DNA from: Buchnera aphidicola (Therioaphis trifolii)
GTDB taxonomy: Bacteria > Pseudomonadota > Gammaproteobacteria > Enterobacterales > Enterobacteriaceae
Length of the DNA: 32,000 nt
Assembly: GCF_005080705.1 (NCBI RefSeq)
Contig: NZ_CP032996.1
Location: forward strand, 387,294 to 419,293
Reading direction: 5' to 3'
Shown here: positions 20,181-30,685 of the stretch, piece by piece
Layout: each line of letters opens with the position of its first letter
Position numbering within the stretch: the first letter of the stretch is position 1
Program-made: the position numbers and the translations under genes
Notes under the pieces: model-generated
Databases searched by the model: none
What the model saw: only the letters and a program-made list of their open reading frames with translations
What the model was told of the DNA's origin: nothing

Positions 20181-20519
20181 ATGAAAATTAATCAATCAAA
20201 TTTTAATATTATTTATAATAAAATTTTATTTAATATTGAAAATTATTTAGATAATTTTAATAGTAAAAATGATATAGATTATGAAAATAATTATCAAATG
20301 ATGATTATATCATTTTCAAAAACAAATAAAATTATTATTAGTAAACAAGAATCATTAAAACAAATTTGGTTAGCAACAAGAGATAATGGATATCATTTTA
20401 ATTATCAAAATTCTAATTGGATATGTAATCGCAGTAAACGTAATTTTTGGAGTATTTTAGAAGAATCATTTTATTTACAAGGAAAAGAAAAGGTAAATTT
20501 TAAAAAATTTTTAAAATAA
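20181..20519 (+). CDS. cyaY: Frataxin homologue CyaY
   Basis: KIIISKQESLKQIWLATRDNGYHFNYQNSNWICNRS matches E. coli [36 protein letters not shown]. Confidence 0.93.
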   Translation: MKINQSNFNIIYNKILFNIENYLDNFNSKNDIDYENNYQMMIISFSKTNKIIISKQESLKQIWLATRDNGYHFNYQNSNWICNRSKRNFWSILEESFYLQGKEKVNFKKFLK

Positions 20520-20525
20520 AATTTT

Positions 20526-20599
20526 TCGGCGAAAGAGGATTTGAACCTCTGACCTACTGGTCCCAAACCAGTTGCGCTACCACGCTGCGCTATTCGCCG
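20526..20599 (-). tRNA. tRNA-Pro (anticodon UGG)
   Basis: The reverse complement cggcgaatagcgcagcgtggtagcgcaactggttTGGgaccagtaggtcagaggttcaaatcctctttcgccga matches E. coli proM. No CCA is encoded. Confidence 0.95.
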
Positions 20600-20637
20600 A
20601 ATAAATTAAATTTTAAAATATTTTATATAAAATCATT

Positions 20638-20712
20638 GGGTGACTAATGGGATTCGAACCCATGACATCTGGAACCACAATCCAGAACTCTACCAACTGA
20701 GCTATAGTCACC
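20638..20712 (-). tRNA. tRNA-His (anticodon GUG) with encoded G-1
   Basis: The reverse complement g-gtgactatagctcagttggtagagttctggattGTGgttccagatgtcatgggttcgaatcccattagtcacc-c matches E. coli hisR. G-1 sits opposite discriminator C. No CCA is encoded. Confidence 0.95.
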
Positions 20713-20790
20713 AAAAATATATATTTAAAAAATATATTAACATATTTTTTATATTTAGTAAATATATTTAAAATAACTCATAATTTAATA

Positions 20791-20864
20791 TGCGCTCGAC
20801 AGGATTTGAACCTGAGACCTCTACCTTCGGAGGGTAGCGCTCTATCCAACTGAGCTACGAGCGC
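20791..20864 (-). tRNA. tRNA-Arg (anticodon CCG)
   Basis: The reverse complement gcgctcgtagctcagttggatagagcgctaccctCCGaaggtagaggtctcaggttcaaatcctgtcgagcgca matches E. coli argX. No CCA is encoded. Confidence 0.95.
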
Positions 20865-20970
20865 TATTATATAAAATAATATATTTTTAAATATAAAATT
20901 ATATTTAAAAATATATTATATTAATATAATTATATAAATTATTTTTTTATAAATTTAAAATAAAAATATA

Positions 20971-22230
20971 TTATTTTCGTTTCATCATATTAAAAAATTC
21001 ATAATTAGTTTTTGTCATAGATAATTTATTAATTAAAAATTCCATGGCATCAATTTCACGCATGGGATGAATTATTTTTCTTAAAATCCACATTTTTTGA
21101 AGTTCTTCTGAAGAAGTTAATAATTCTTCTTTTCGAGTTCCAGAACGATTATAATCAATTGCTGGAAATACTCTTTTTTCAGATATTTTTCGTGATAATA
21201 ATAATTCCATATTTCCAGTACCTTTAAATTCTTCATAAATTACTTCATCCATTTTAGACCCGGTATCAATTAAAGCAGTTGCAATAATAGTTAAACTACC
21301 TCCTTCTTCAATATTTCTTGCTGATCCAAAAAAACGCTTTGGTCTATGTAAAGCATTAGAATCAATACCACCTGTTAATACTTTTCCAGAAGAGGGTATA
21401 ATAGTATTATAAGCACGCGCTAATCTTGTAATTGAATCTAATAAAATAATTACATCTTTTTTATGTTCTACTAAACGTTTTGCTTTTTCAATAACCATTT
21501 CAGCTACTTGAATATGTCGAAAAGCAGGTTCATCAAAGGTAGATGCTATTACTTCACCTTTTACTAATCGTTTCATTTCTGTTACTTCTTCAGGTCTTTC
21601 ATCAATTAATAAAACCATTAATATACATTCTGAATGATTATATGCAATACTTTGAGCAATATTTTGTAATAACATTGTTTTTCCAGCTTTAGGGGGAGCA
21701 ACAATTAAACCTCGTTGTCCTCTTCCTATAGGAGCAGATAAGTCCAATACACGAGTAGTTAAATCTTCTTTTGAACCATTACCCCGCTCCATTCTCAGTC
21801 GAGAATTAGCATGTAATGGAGTTAAATTTTCAAATAAAATTTTTTTTCTTACACTTTCAGGTTTTTCATAATTTACTGTATTTACTTTTAATAAAGCAAA
21901 ATATCTTTCACCATCTTTTGGTGGTCTAATTTTACCAGAAATAGTATCACCTGTTCTTAAATTAAATCTTCGAATTTGACTAGGAGAAACATATATATCA
22001 TCTGGTCCAGATAAATAGGAACTATCTTCAGAACGTAAAAAACCAAATCCATCCTGTAAAATTTCTAAAACTCCATCTCCGAATATATTTTCACCACTTG
22101 TTGAATGTTTTTTCAGAATATTAAAAATAATATCTTGTTTTCTCATTCGGGCTAAATTTTCTAACCCGATCTTATTACCAAGGATAATTAATTCAGAAAC
22201 TAACATATTTTTAAGTGTAGTAAGATTCAT
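20971..22230 (-). CDS. rho: Transcription termination factor Rho
   Basis: The 419-aa product has MNLTTLKN..., [17 protein letters not shown], the [12 protein letters not shown] Walker A and [24 protein letters not shown]. Confidence 0.98.
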   Translation of the reverse strand: MNLTTLKNMLVSELIILGNKIGLENLARMRKQDIIFNILKKHSTSGENIFGDGVLEILQDGFGFLRSEDSSYLSGPDDIYVSPSQIRRFNLRTGDTISGKIRPPKDGERYFALLKVNTVNYEKPESVRKKILFENLTPLHANSRLRMERGNGSKEDLTTRVLDLSAPIGRGQRGLIVAPPKAGKTMLLQNIAQSIAYNHSECILMVLLIDERPEEVTEMKRLVKGEVIASTFDEPAFRHIQVAEMVIEKAKRLVEHKKDVIILLDSITRLARAYNTIIPSSGKVLTGGIDSNALHRPKRFFGSARNIEEGGSLTIIATALIDTGSKMDEVIYEEFKGTGNMELLLSRKISEKRVFPAIDYNRSGTRKEELLTSSEELQKMWILRKIIHPMREIDAMEFLINKLSMTKTNYEFFNMMKRK

Positions 22231-22301
22231 AAATATTATTTCTTAATAAAAAAAATACTAATATATAATTTTAAAATATCAAAATAAGATTATTTTAAAA
22301 T

Positions 22302-22341
22302 AAGGTATATAATAAATTTTTATATTTTTTTTAAATACCTT
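22302..22341 (-). terminator. Imperfect hairpin between trxA and rho, possible trxA terminator
   Basis: aaggtat(a)taa ... tta(a)atacctt forms 7 bp, one mismatch, then 3 bp, with an 18-nt loop. On the minus strand it is followed by atttt. Support is weak. Confidence 0.25.
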
Positions 22342-22415
22342 AATTATAATAATAACATGAAATTAAAAAAATATCTATAATTTTTATTTAATATTAAAAA
22401 TAATAAATTATTAAA

Positions 22416-22751
22416 TTATTTTATATTAAAATGTACATGTAATAATTTCTCTACTTCTGATTTAGCAATTACTCCAGAATTTCTTGCAATAATTTTTTTA
22501 TTTTTTAAAAATAATAAAGTTGGTATACTTTGTATAGAATAATTTAACATAATATCCTTACAATCATCAACATTAACTTTTCCTACTATTAGTTTATTTT
22601 TATATTTTTTAGCAATTTCTTCTAAAATTGGAAAAAAAATTTTACATGGACCACACCAATCTGCCCAAAAATCAATTAAAACTGGAAATTTTGAATCTAA
22701 AACAATTTCTTGAAAATTATTATTCGTTAAAACAATGATATTATTTTTCAT
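22416..22751 (-). CDS. trxA: Thioredoxin 1
   Basis: The FWADWCGPCK active site, a 111-aa length and the position upstream of rho (as in E. coli) all fit. Confidence 0.96.
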   Translation of the reverse strand: MKNNIIVLTNNNFQEIVLDSKFPVLIDFWADWCGPCKIFFPILEEIAKKYKNKLIVGKVNVDDCKDIMLNYSIQSIPTLLFLKNKKIIARNSGVIAKSEVEKLLHVHFNIK

Positions 22752-22812
22752 ATTTTAAATTCCTATTTATTATACAATTATTAAAATATATTTATTATAT
22801 TATGAATTTATT

Positions 22813-24771
22813 TTATTCTTTTAAATAATTTTCCCAAAGTAAATCATTTTTAGGTAATTCAAATAAAAAACGACTAGGTTTAATATCTATGATAGAACCA
22901 TAATAATATCTTTGATTACAAAAACTTATTATTAATTCTTTTTTTGCTCTGGTAATAGCTACATAAACTAATCTACGTTCTTCAGATATATTTTTATTTT
23001 TTACATTATGATAAGATGGAATAATACCTTCTTCAAATCCTATAATAAATACTATTGGAAATTCTAAACCTTTAGAAGCATGAATAGTCATTAATTGAAT
23101 AGCATCATAATCATTATTTTTATTACTGACATTAATATTAGTATCATGTATCGATAATTGATTTATTAATTTTATTAGTATTTCATATGAGTTTATTATA
23201 TTATTATATTTAATATAAGTATTAAAATAATTATCTATTAAATTTAATAATATTTCAATATTTTGAATATTATTTTTAATATTTTTATTATTTTTTAATA
23301 ACCACTCTTTATATTTTATATCATTAATAATTTTATACAATATTTTTTTTGGATTTTTTTTAGAAAAAAGTATAATATTTTCACATAATTTTATAAATTT
23401 ATTTAATAAATTTCTTGTATTTTTACGTAATATTTTTTGAAAATTAATATCTTGAATAACAAAATAATAATTTTTATTATAATATTTTGAATATTTAATA
23501 ATTTTTTTTATAGTAGAAATACCAATTCCTCGAGAAGGAATATTAATAATTTTTAAAAAAGAAATATTATCATCTTGATTAATAATAAATTTTAAATATG
23601 AAATTAAATTGCGAATGTCAGGTTTATTAAAAAAAGAATTATTTTCATGAATAACATATGGTATTTGTTTTTGAAATAAATTTTTTTCAAAAATTTTAGA
23701 TTGTTGATTTTTTCGATATAAAATAACATAATCTTTATATTTTAAATTATTTTTTAATTTATGTAACAATATTTTAGAAATAATTGTTTCAGATTCATCA
23801 TATTCATTTTTTAATTTTAATATTTTAATTTTAATACCATCTTCTAAAGTAGAAAATAATTTTTTTTTAAAAATATGTTGATTATTTGATATTAATATAT
23901 TAGCTACTTTTAAAATTCTTTTTGAAGATCGATAATTACGTTCCATCTTAATAACTTGTAATTTTGGATAATCATTTTTTAAAAATAAAAGATTTTCAAC
24001 ATTTGCTCCTCTCCAAGAATAAATTGATTGATCATCATCACCAACTAAAGTAAAATTAGAATTATTTCCACTTAATAATTTAATTAATTTATATTGACTA
24101 TAATTAGTATCTTGATATTCATCTACTAATAAATATTTAATACAATTTTGCCATTTTTCTTTTATTTTTTGACATTTTTTTAATAAATATACAGCAACAT
24201 AAATTAAATCATCAAAATCAAAAACATTATATTTTTTTAAAAAATTATTATATTCTTGATAATATTCAGAAAAAATTTTTTCTTCTTTTGAAGAAGCTTT
24301 TTTTTTAGATTTTTTAGGACTATATATTTTATTTTTTTGAAACGAAATATATTTAATAATTTTTTTTAAAATATCATTATTATGACGAAATTCTTTTGAA
24401 ACAATATTTTTTATTAATCGAATTTGATCATGATAATCGAATAATGTATAATTTTTATTATAACCTAATATATTTAATGATTTTGAAATAATTTTCATAC
24501 CTAATGAATGAAATGTAAAAATATTTAATTTATTTAAATTATTTTTATAATTAATAAAAATTTTTTTTTTAATTCTATTTTTCATTTCTTGAGCAGCTTT
24601 ATTAGTAAAAGTTACTGCAAAAATTTCATTAGGATGATATCCATAATAATTAATTAATCGAATAATTTTTTCAATAATAACAGTAGTTTTTCCTGAACCA
24701 GCTCCAGCTAATATTAAACAAGGACCTTGAATTGTACGAATTGCCTCTATTTGTTGTTTATTTAATGACAT
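22813..24771 (-). CDS. rep: ATP-dependent DNA helicase Rep (UvrD/Rep SF1 family)
   Basis: LNKQQIEAIRTIQGPCLILAGAGSGKTTVI, VTFTNKAAQEM, LLVDEYQDTN, NYRSS and VAITRAKKEL are present. The rep call over uvrD rests on the rep-ilvC-ilvD neighbourhood and the N-terminal match to E. coli Rep. Confidence 0.9.
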   Translation of the reverse strand: MSLNKQQIEAIRTIQGPCLILAGAGSGKTTVIIEKIIRLINYYGYHPNEIFAVTFTNKAAQEMKNRIKKKIFINYKNNLNKLNIFTFHSLGMKIISKSLNILGYNKNYTLFDYHDQIRLIKNIVSKEFRHNNDILKKIIKYISFQKNKIYSPKKSKKKASSKEEKIFSEYYQEYNNFLKKYNVFDFDDLIYVAVYLLKKCQKIKEKWQNCIKYLLVDEYQDTNYSQYKLIKLLSGNNSNFTLVGDDDQSIYSWRGANVENLLFLKNDYPKLQVIKMERNYRSSKRILKVANILISNNQHIFKKKLFSTLEDGIKIKILKLKNEYDESETIISKILLHKLKNNLKYKDYVILYRKNQQSKIFEKNLFQKQIPYVIHENNSFFNKPDIRNLISYLKFIINQDDNISFLKIINIPSRGIGISTIKKIIKYSKYYNKNYYFVIQDINFQKILRKNTRNLLNKFIKLCENIILFSKKNPKKILYKIINDIKYKEWLLKNNKNIKNNIQNIEILLNLIDNYFNTYIKYNNIINSYEILIKLINQLSIHDTNINVSNKNNDYDAIQLMTIHASKGLEFPIVFIIGFEEGIIPSYHNVKNKNISEERRLVYVAITRAKKELIISFCNQRYYYGSIIDIKPSRFLFELPKNDLLWENYLKE

Positions 24772-24780
24772 AATTATAAT

Positions 24781-26253
24781 TTAAAAATTTAAAATACTTT
24801 TCATATTAATCATATAACTTCTTAATTTTCGACCAACTACTTCAATATCATGATTATAAATTTCTTCATTTATTTTTTGTAATTTAATATTATTAATATC
24901 AATATTTGGATATGTTATACCAATATCTTCTTTATTTATTTTTTTTAAAAAATTATTTAAAATAGAAATAGATCTCTTTGTAAATAAATAACTTCCATAT
25001 TCTGCTGTATCAGATATAACTAAATTCATTTCATAAAAACGTTTTCTAGAAATTGTATTTGCTATTAAAGGTAATTCATGTAAAGATTCATAATATGCAG
25101 ATTCTGCTTTTATTCCAGAAGATACCATAGTTTCAAAAGCTAATTCTATTCCTGATTTTAATATAGCCACCATTAATATCCCTTTTTGAAAATATTCATC
25201 TTCTAAAATTTTCTCATTAGATTGTTTAGCTTTTTCAAATGCAGTATTTTTAATTTCATTACGCCATTTTAATAAATTTTTATCTTTATTATTCCAATCA
25301 ACCATCATATCTTCAGAAAACTTACCTGAAAAAATATCATCCATGTGTTTTTCAAATAATGTTTTTAATATTTTTTTTAATTTGTTTGATAATTCACATA
25401 CTCTAAATTTTGCAGAATTAGATAATCGATTTAACATTAAAGTAATTCCACCATGTTTTAAAGATTCCGTAATTACTTCCCATCCATTTTGTAATAATTT
25501 TACTGCATAATTAGATTTAAATCCATGTTCTATTAAATAATTATAAATAACAATCGAACTAGATTGTAATAATCCACATAATATTGTTTGTTCTCCCATT
25601 AAATCAGATTTAACTTCAGCTATAAAAGAAGATTTTAAAACACCAGCATGATGACTTCCTATAGCATAAGCCCATGATTTTGCAAATTCAAAACCTTTAT
25701 TAAAGGGATCATTTTCAGTATGTACAGCGATAAGTGCGGGAACACCAAAACCTCTTTTATATTCTTCTCGAACTTCAGTACCTGGACATTTTGGAGCTAC
25801 CATAATTACAGTAATATCTTTTCGAATAATTTCTCCTGATTCTACAATATTAAATCCATGTGAATATCCTAATACAGAATTTTTTTTCATTAATGGTTGT
25901 ATCATTTTAATAACATTTGAATGTTGTTTATCTGGTGTTAAGTTAATTACTAAATCAGCTTTAGGAATTAATGTTTCATAATCTCCAACTGGAAAAGAAT
26001 AATTAACAGCATTTTTCCAAGATGTATTTTTATTTAAAATACTTTCTTTTTTTAAAGCATATGAAATATTTAATCCTGAATCACGCATATTTAAACCTTG
26101 ATGTAATCCTTGTGCACCACACCCAATAATAACTATTTTTTTTCCTTTTAAAACATTAATAATGTTTTTAAATTCTTTTTTATCCAAAAAATTACATTGT
26201 TTTAATTGTATATTTTTTTTTCTAAAATTTAATGTATTAAAATAATTTTTCAT
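24781..26253 (-). CDS. ilvC: Ketol-acid reductoisomerase
   Basis: [50 protein letters not shown] and [15 protein letters not shown] match E. coli IlvC almost residue for residue. Confidence 0.98.
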   Translation of the reverse strand: MKNYFNTLNFRKKNIQLKQCNFLDKKEFKNIINVLKGKKIVIIGCGAQGLHQGLNMRDSGLNISYALKKESILNKNTSWKNAVNYSFPVGDYETLIPKADLVINLTPDKQHSNVIKMIQPLMKKNSVLGYSHGFNIVESGEIIRKDITVIMVAPKCPGTEVREEYKRGFGVPALIAVHTENDPFNKGFEFAKSWAYAIGSHHAGVLKSSFIAEVKSDLMGEQTILCGLLQSSSIVIYNYLIEHGFKSNYAVKLLQNGWEVITESLKHGGITLMLNRLSNSAKFRVCELSNKLKKILKTLFEKHMDDIFSGKFSEDMMVDWNNKDKNLLKWRNEIKNTAFEKAKQSNEKILEDEYFQKGILMVAILKSGIELAFETMVSSGIKAESAYYESLHELPLIANTISRKRFYEMNLVISDTAEYGSYLFTKRSISILNNFLKKINKEDIGITYPNIDINNIKLQKINEEIYNHDIEVVGRKLRSYMINMKSILNF

Positions 26254-26322
26254 ACTATATTTTATTCCTATAATTGAAAAAAATAAAAATTAAAAAATAA
26301 TATTTATAATATTTTAATTAAT

Positions 26323-28194
26323 TTAAATATTATTTTTTTGAAATAACATATTAATTTTTTTTTTATTTCTTACTGCACCTTTATCAGCGCTAGTTGCAAA
26401 TAAAGAATACATTTTTAATGCTAATGAAATATGACGAATACGATTTTTAGGATGATAAGGTTTATCACAATTCTCTTCTTCTTGAATTCTTTTTTGTATT
26501 TCTAATTCAGAAATATTTAAATGAATTGATCTTTTTAAAATATCAATATGAATTATATCACCATTTTTAACTAATGCAATCAAACCTTTATTTGCAGCTT
26601 CTGGAGAAATATGACCAATAGATAACCCAGACGTACCTCCTGAAAATCTTCCATCAGTAATTAAAGCACATGATTTATCTATTCCAACTGATTTTAAATA
26701 TGTACTAGGATATAACATTTCTTGCATTCCAGGACCACCCTTAGGACCTTCATAACGAATAACAACAGCATCACCAGAATTAATTTTATGATCTAAAATT
26801 GCTTTTACAGCAGATTCTTGACTTTCAAAAACTTTTGCAGGTCCTTTAAAAATAAATTGATTTTTATTTAATCCTGCAGTTTTAATAATACAACCATTTT
26901 TTGCTAAATTTCCATATAATACTGCTAAACCACCATCTTGATTATAAGCAAATTGAGATGATCTAATACATCCAAATTTTCGATCACTATCTACTGTATT
27001 CCATCTAAATGATTGAGAATATGGTTTAGTTGTTTTAATACCCATAGGTCCAGCACGAAACATTTTAATAATATTATTATCTTGTGTTTTTTTAATATCA
27101 TATTTATTTAATAAATTACTTAAAGATAAACCTAAGATATTTTTTACATTTTTATTTAATAGATTTATTTTATTTAATTCACTTAAAATACCTATTACAC
27201 CACCTGCACGATGTACATCTTCCATATGATATATTTCACTACTAGGAGCAACTTTACATAAATGAGGAGTTGTTCGTGATAATTTATCTATATCATTTAT
27301 CTTAAAATTAATATTTCCCTCTTGAGCTGCTGCTAATAAATGTAAAATAGTATTCGTTGATCCCCCCATTGCAATATCTAATCTCATTGCATTTTCAAAA
27401 GAAAATTTATTTGCAATATTACGAGGTAATACAGAAAAATCATTATTTTTATAAAATCTTTTTGTTATTTTAACAATGGTTTTAGCTGATTCAATAAATA
27501 TTTTTTTTCTATCAATATGTGTAGCTAATAATGTACCATTTCCTGGTAATGCTAATCCAATTGCTTCTAATAAACAATTCATAGAATTCGCAGTAAACAT
27601 ACCAGAACAAGAACCACATGTAGGACATGCAGATTTTTCAATATCATCAACAAATTTATCAGAAAAATTAGAATTTGCACTATAACTAATAGCATCAACT
27701 AAATTAATTTTATTTAATCCATTATTAATATATATCTTTCCTGCTTCCATAGGACCCCCAGAAACAAATACAGAGGGTATATTTAACCTTAATGAAGCCA
27801 TAAACATAGCTGGAGTAATTTTATCACAATTTGATACACAAATCATAGCATCGACACAATGTGCATTAATCATATATTCAATAGAATCAGCAATTAATTC
27901 ACGAGAAGGTAAAGAATATAACATACCTAAATGTCCCATTGCAATACCATCATCTACTGCAATAGTATTAAATTCTTTTGCTACACCTTGATCTGTCTTA
28001 TTAATTGTATTAGCAATTAATTCACCTACTTTTTGTAAATGTATATGACCTGGAACAAATTGTGCAAAAGAATTAACAACGGCTATAATAGGCTTTTTAA
28101 AATCATTATCTTTCATGCCTGTAGCACGCCATAAAGCTCTAGCTCCTGCCATATTTCTACCACTAGTACTAGTTTTAGAACGATATTTAGGCAT
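26323..28194 (-). CDS. ilvD: Dihydroxy-acid dehydratase
   Basis: [35 protein letters not shown], the [18 protein letters not shown] cluster ligands and [10 protein letters not shown] are present. Confidence 0.98.
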   Translation of the reverse strand: MPKYRSKTSTSGRNMAGARALWRATGMKDNDFKKPIIAVVNSFAQFVPGHIHLQKVGELIANTINKTDQGVAKEFNTIAVDDGIAMGHLGMLYSLPSRELIADSIEYMINAHCVDAMICVSNCDKITPAMFMASLRLNIPSVFVSGGPMEAGKIYINNGLNKINLVDAISYSANSNFSDKFVDDIEKSACPTCGSCSGMFTANSMNCLLEAIGLALPGNGTLLATHIDRKKIFIESAKTIVKITKRFYKNNDFSVLPRNIANKFSFENAMRLDIAMGGSTNTILHLLAAAQEGNINFKINDIDKLSRTTPHLCKVAPSSEIYHMEDVHRAGGVIGILSELNKINLLNKNVKNILGLSLSNLLNKYDIKKTQDNNIIKMFRAGPMGIKTTKPYSQSFRWNTVDSDRKFGCIRSSQFAYNQDGGLAVLYGNLAKNGCIIKTAGLNKNQFIFKGPAKVFESQESAVKAILDHKINSGDAVVIRYEGPKGGPGMQEMLYPSTYLKSVGIDKSCALITDGRFSGGTSGLSIGHISPEAANKGLIALVKNGDIIHIDILKRSIHLNISELEIQKRIQEEENCDKPYHPKNRIRHISLALKMYSLFATSADKGAVRNKKKINMLFQKNNI

Positions 28195-28313
28195 AATTAT
28201 TTATCTCAAAAAAAAATAAAATCTTATTTAATGACATTTTATCATAATATTAAATATATAATTAAAATTTAAAAATTTTTCATTTAAAATATAAAATAAT
28301 TAAAAATAGTTAT

Positions 28314-28386
28314 CAGGGATGGAGGGAATTGAACCCCCAACTTTCAGTTTTGGAGACCGATACTCTACCAATTGAGTTACATCCCT
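28314..28386 (-). tRNA. tRNA-Trp (anticodon CCA)
   Basis: The reverse complement agggatgtaactcaattggtagagtatcggtctCCAaaactgaaagttgggggttcaattccctccatccctg matches E. coli trpT. No 3' CCA is encoded. Confidence 0.93.
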
Positions 28387-28571
28387 ATATTATTAATATT
28401 ATACTGAATTCAAAATATTTAGTCTACTAAGAAAATATATTTTTATAAAAAAAATAATAAAAAATATTAAAAACATTATAATAAAAATATATTATAATTA
28501 ATAAAATAATAATATATTAAATATTAAAAATTTTATTTAAACATTTAACATAATGGATATATAATATAATA

Positions 28572-29786
28572 ATGAAATTTCCAATTTATTTAGATTATGC
28601 TGCAACAACTCCAGTAGATGAAAAAGTTGTTAAAAAAATGATAAACTATTTAACAATTAATGGAATATTTGGTAATTCTGCATCTCGATCACATCGATTT
28701 GGATGGGTAGCAGAAGAGGCTGTAGATCTTGCAAGAGAACAAATATCAAATTTAATTAATTCTGATCCAAGAGAAATCATATTTACTTCAGGAGCTACTG
28801 AATCCAATAATCTTGCCATTAAAGGTTGTTGTGATTTTTATAAAAATAAAGGTAATCATATTATTACTAGTAATACTGAACATAAATCAGTTTTAGATAC
28901 ATGTAAATATCTTGAACAAAAAAATTTTTGTGTAACATATTTAAATCCTAAAAAAAATGGAATAATTTCCTTAAAAGAAATAAAAGAAAAAATTAAAAAA
29001 AATACTATTTTAATTTCTATTATGTATGTAAATAATGAAACTGGAACTATGCAAAATATTCATGAAATATCAAAAATATGTCATAAAAATAATATTTTAT
29101 TTCATGTAGATGCAACACAAGCAATTGGTAAAATACCTATTAATATTAAACAAGAAAATATTGATTTAATGTCATTTTCAGCACATAAAATTTATGGACC
29201 TAAAGGAATTGGAGTATTATATATAAAAAGAAAACCAAGAATTCGATTAACACCTCAAATACATGGAGGAAACCATGAAAGAGGAATGAGATCAGGTACA
29301 TTACCTGTACATCAAATTATTGGAATGGGAATAGCATGTAAAATAATGAAAAAAAAAATGTTTGATGAAATACCTTATATATTAAATTTAAGAAATATTC
29401 TTTGGAATGGAATTAAAAATATTGAAGAAATATATTTAAATACTAATTTAAAAAATAGTGCTCCTCATATTTTAAATGTAAGTTTTAATTTTGTAGAAGG
29501 TGAGTCATTAATAATGGCATTAAAAAATTTAGCTATTGCATCTGGATCAGCATGTACTTCTGCAAGTTTAGAACCTTCATATGTATTAAAATCGTTAGGA
29601 TTAAAAGATGAATTAGCGCATAGTTCTATTAGATTTTCATTAGGACGATTTACAACAAAAGATGAAATTTATTATACAATTGAAATTATTCATCAAGCAA
29701 TAAAAAAATTAAGAAAATTATCACCGTTATGGGAAATGTTTAAATCAGGAATTGATTTAAATAAAGTTAAATGGCAACATAATTAA
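28572..29786 (+). CDS. iscS: Cysteine desulfurase IscS
   Basis: The 404-aa product is collinear with E. coli IscS: [21 protein letters not shown], the [17 protein letters not shown]-lysine context, the [17 protein letters not shown] active-site Cys loop and LSPLWEM. Confidence 0.98.
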   Translation: MKFPIYLDYAATTPVDEKVVKKMINYLTINGIFGNSASRSHRFGWVAEEAVDLAREQISNLINSDPREIIFTSGATESNNLAIKGCCDFYKNKGNHIITSNTEHKSVLDTCKYLEQKNFCVTYLNPKKNGIISLKEIKEKIKKNTILISIMYVNNETGTMQNIHEISKICHKNNILFHVDATQAIGKIPINIKQENIDLMSFSAHKIYGPKGIGVLYIKRKPRIRLTPQIHGGNHERGMRSGTLPVHQIIGMGIACKIMKKKMFDEIPYILNLRNILWNGIKNIEEIYLNTNLKNSAPHILNVSFNFVEGESLIMALKNLAIASGSACTSASLEPSYVLKSLGLKDELAHSSIRFSLGRFTTKDEIYYTIEIIHQAIKKLRKLSPLWEMFKSGIDLNKVKWQHN

Positions 29787-29804
29787 CAAATTAAGGATTG
29801 TAAT

Positions 29805-30185
29805 ATGACGTATAGTAAAAAAGTAATAGATCATTATGAAAATCCTCGTAATGTCGGATCATTTAAAAATACTAAATCTAAAAAAATTGGAAGTAGTTTA
29901 GTTGGAGCACCGTCTTGTGGAGATGTAATGAAATTACAGATTAAAGTTAATAAACAGGGTATTATTGAAGATGCTTGTTTTAAAACATATGGATGTGGTT
30001 CTGCAATTGCTTCTAGCTCTTTAATTACTGAATGGATTAAAGGAAAATCAATAGAAGAAGCAGAAAAAATTAAAAACACTACTATTGCAAAAGAATTAGA
30101 TTTACCTCCAGTTAAAATTCATTGTTCAATATTAGCGGAAGATGCAATTAAAGCAGCAATTAATGATTATAAAAAAAAAAAATAA
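29805..30185 (+). CDS. iscU: Fe-S cluster scaffold IscU
   Basis: KVIDHYENPRNVGSF, GAPSCGDVMKLQIKV, KTYGCGSAIASSS and LPPVKIHCSILAEDAIKAAI are near-identical to E. coli IscU. Confidence 0.98.
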   Translation: MTYSKKVIDHYENPRNVGSFKNTKSKKIGSSLVGAPSCGDVMKLQIKVNKQGIIEDACFKTYGCGSAIASSSLITEWIKGKSIEEAEKIKNTTIAKELDLPPVKIHCSILAEDAIKAAINDYKKKK

Positions 30186-30191
30186 ATATTT

Positions 30192-30241
30192 AAATTCCTG
30201 ATATATTAAAATAGTATAATATTTAAATATTTCAGGAATTT
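30192..30241 (+). terminator. Long hairpin in the iscU-fdx spacer (possible terminator or attenuator)
   Basis: aaattcctga (30192..30201) pairs perfectly with tcaggaattt (30232..30241). After one mismatch, 5 more bp follow (atatt/aatat). It starts 7 nt after the iscU stop and contains nearly all the G/C in the spacer. Confidence 0.45.
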
Positions 30242-30315
30242 GAATAAATAAAATTTAATATTAAAAATAAAAAATATTTTAAAGTTTAAAAAAATTTAAT
30301 ATAAAAGGATAATTT

Positions 30316-30636
30316 ATGTCAAAAATTATTTTTTTACCAAATAAAGATTTATTATTAAAAAAAAAAATTTGTTTAGCAAAAATTGGAGAAACGATTTTAG
30401 ATATTGCACTTAAAAATAACATTAATATGCAACATGCATGTGAAAAATCATGTGCTTGTAGTACATGTCATTGTATTATTAAAAAAGGATATAATTCTTT
30501 ATCAATTATTACAGAAAAAGAAAATGATGTATTAGATAAAGCATATGGTGTAGAATATTATAGTCGATTATCCTGTCAGGCAAAAATTATTAATTTAAAT
30601 GAAGATATTGAAATAAAAATACCAAATATAAAATAA
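30316..30636 (+). CDS. fdx: [2Fe-2S] ferredoxin of the ISC system
   Basis: [35 protein letters not shown] and SRLSCQAKI match E. coli Fdx ([25 protein letters not shown]). An AAGGA SD is present. Confidence 0.96.
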   Translation: MSKIIFLPNKDLLLKKKICLAKIGETILDIALKNNINMQHACEKSCACSTCHCIIKKGYNSLSIITEKENDVLDKAYGVEYYSRLSCQAKIINLNEDIEIKIPNIK

Positions 30637-30685
30637 AAAATAAAAAATATTAAAAATATAAAAAATATAATTTATATTAAAAAAT

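Noticed and set aside
20876-20919. AT-only inverted repeat of about 21 bp (…aatatatttttaaatataa/ttatatttaaaaatatatt…) between rho and tRNA-Arg, a possible rho terminator
   Set aside because: It consists purely of A/T with an almost non-existent loop. Palindromes like this are expected by chance throughout spacers of this composition, so I cannot separate it from background.
27476-27685. 69-aa plus-strand ORF
   Set aside because: It is an antisense shadow inside ilvD.
29834-30079. 81-aa minus-strand ORF
   Set aside because: It is an antisense shadow inside the highly conserved iscU.
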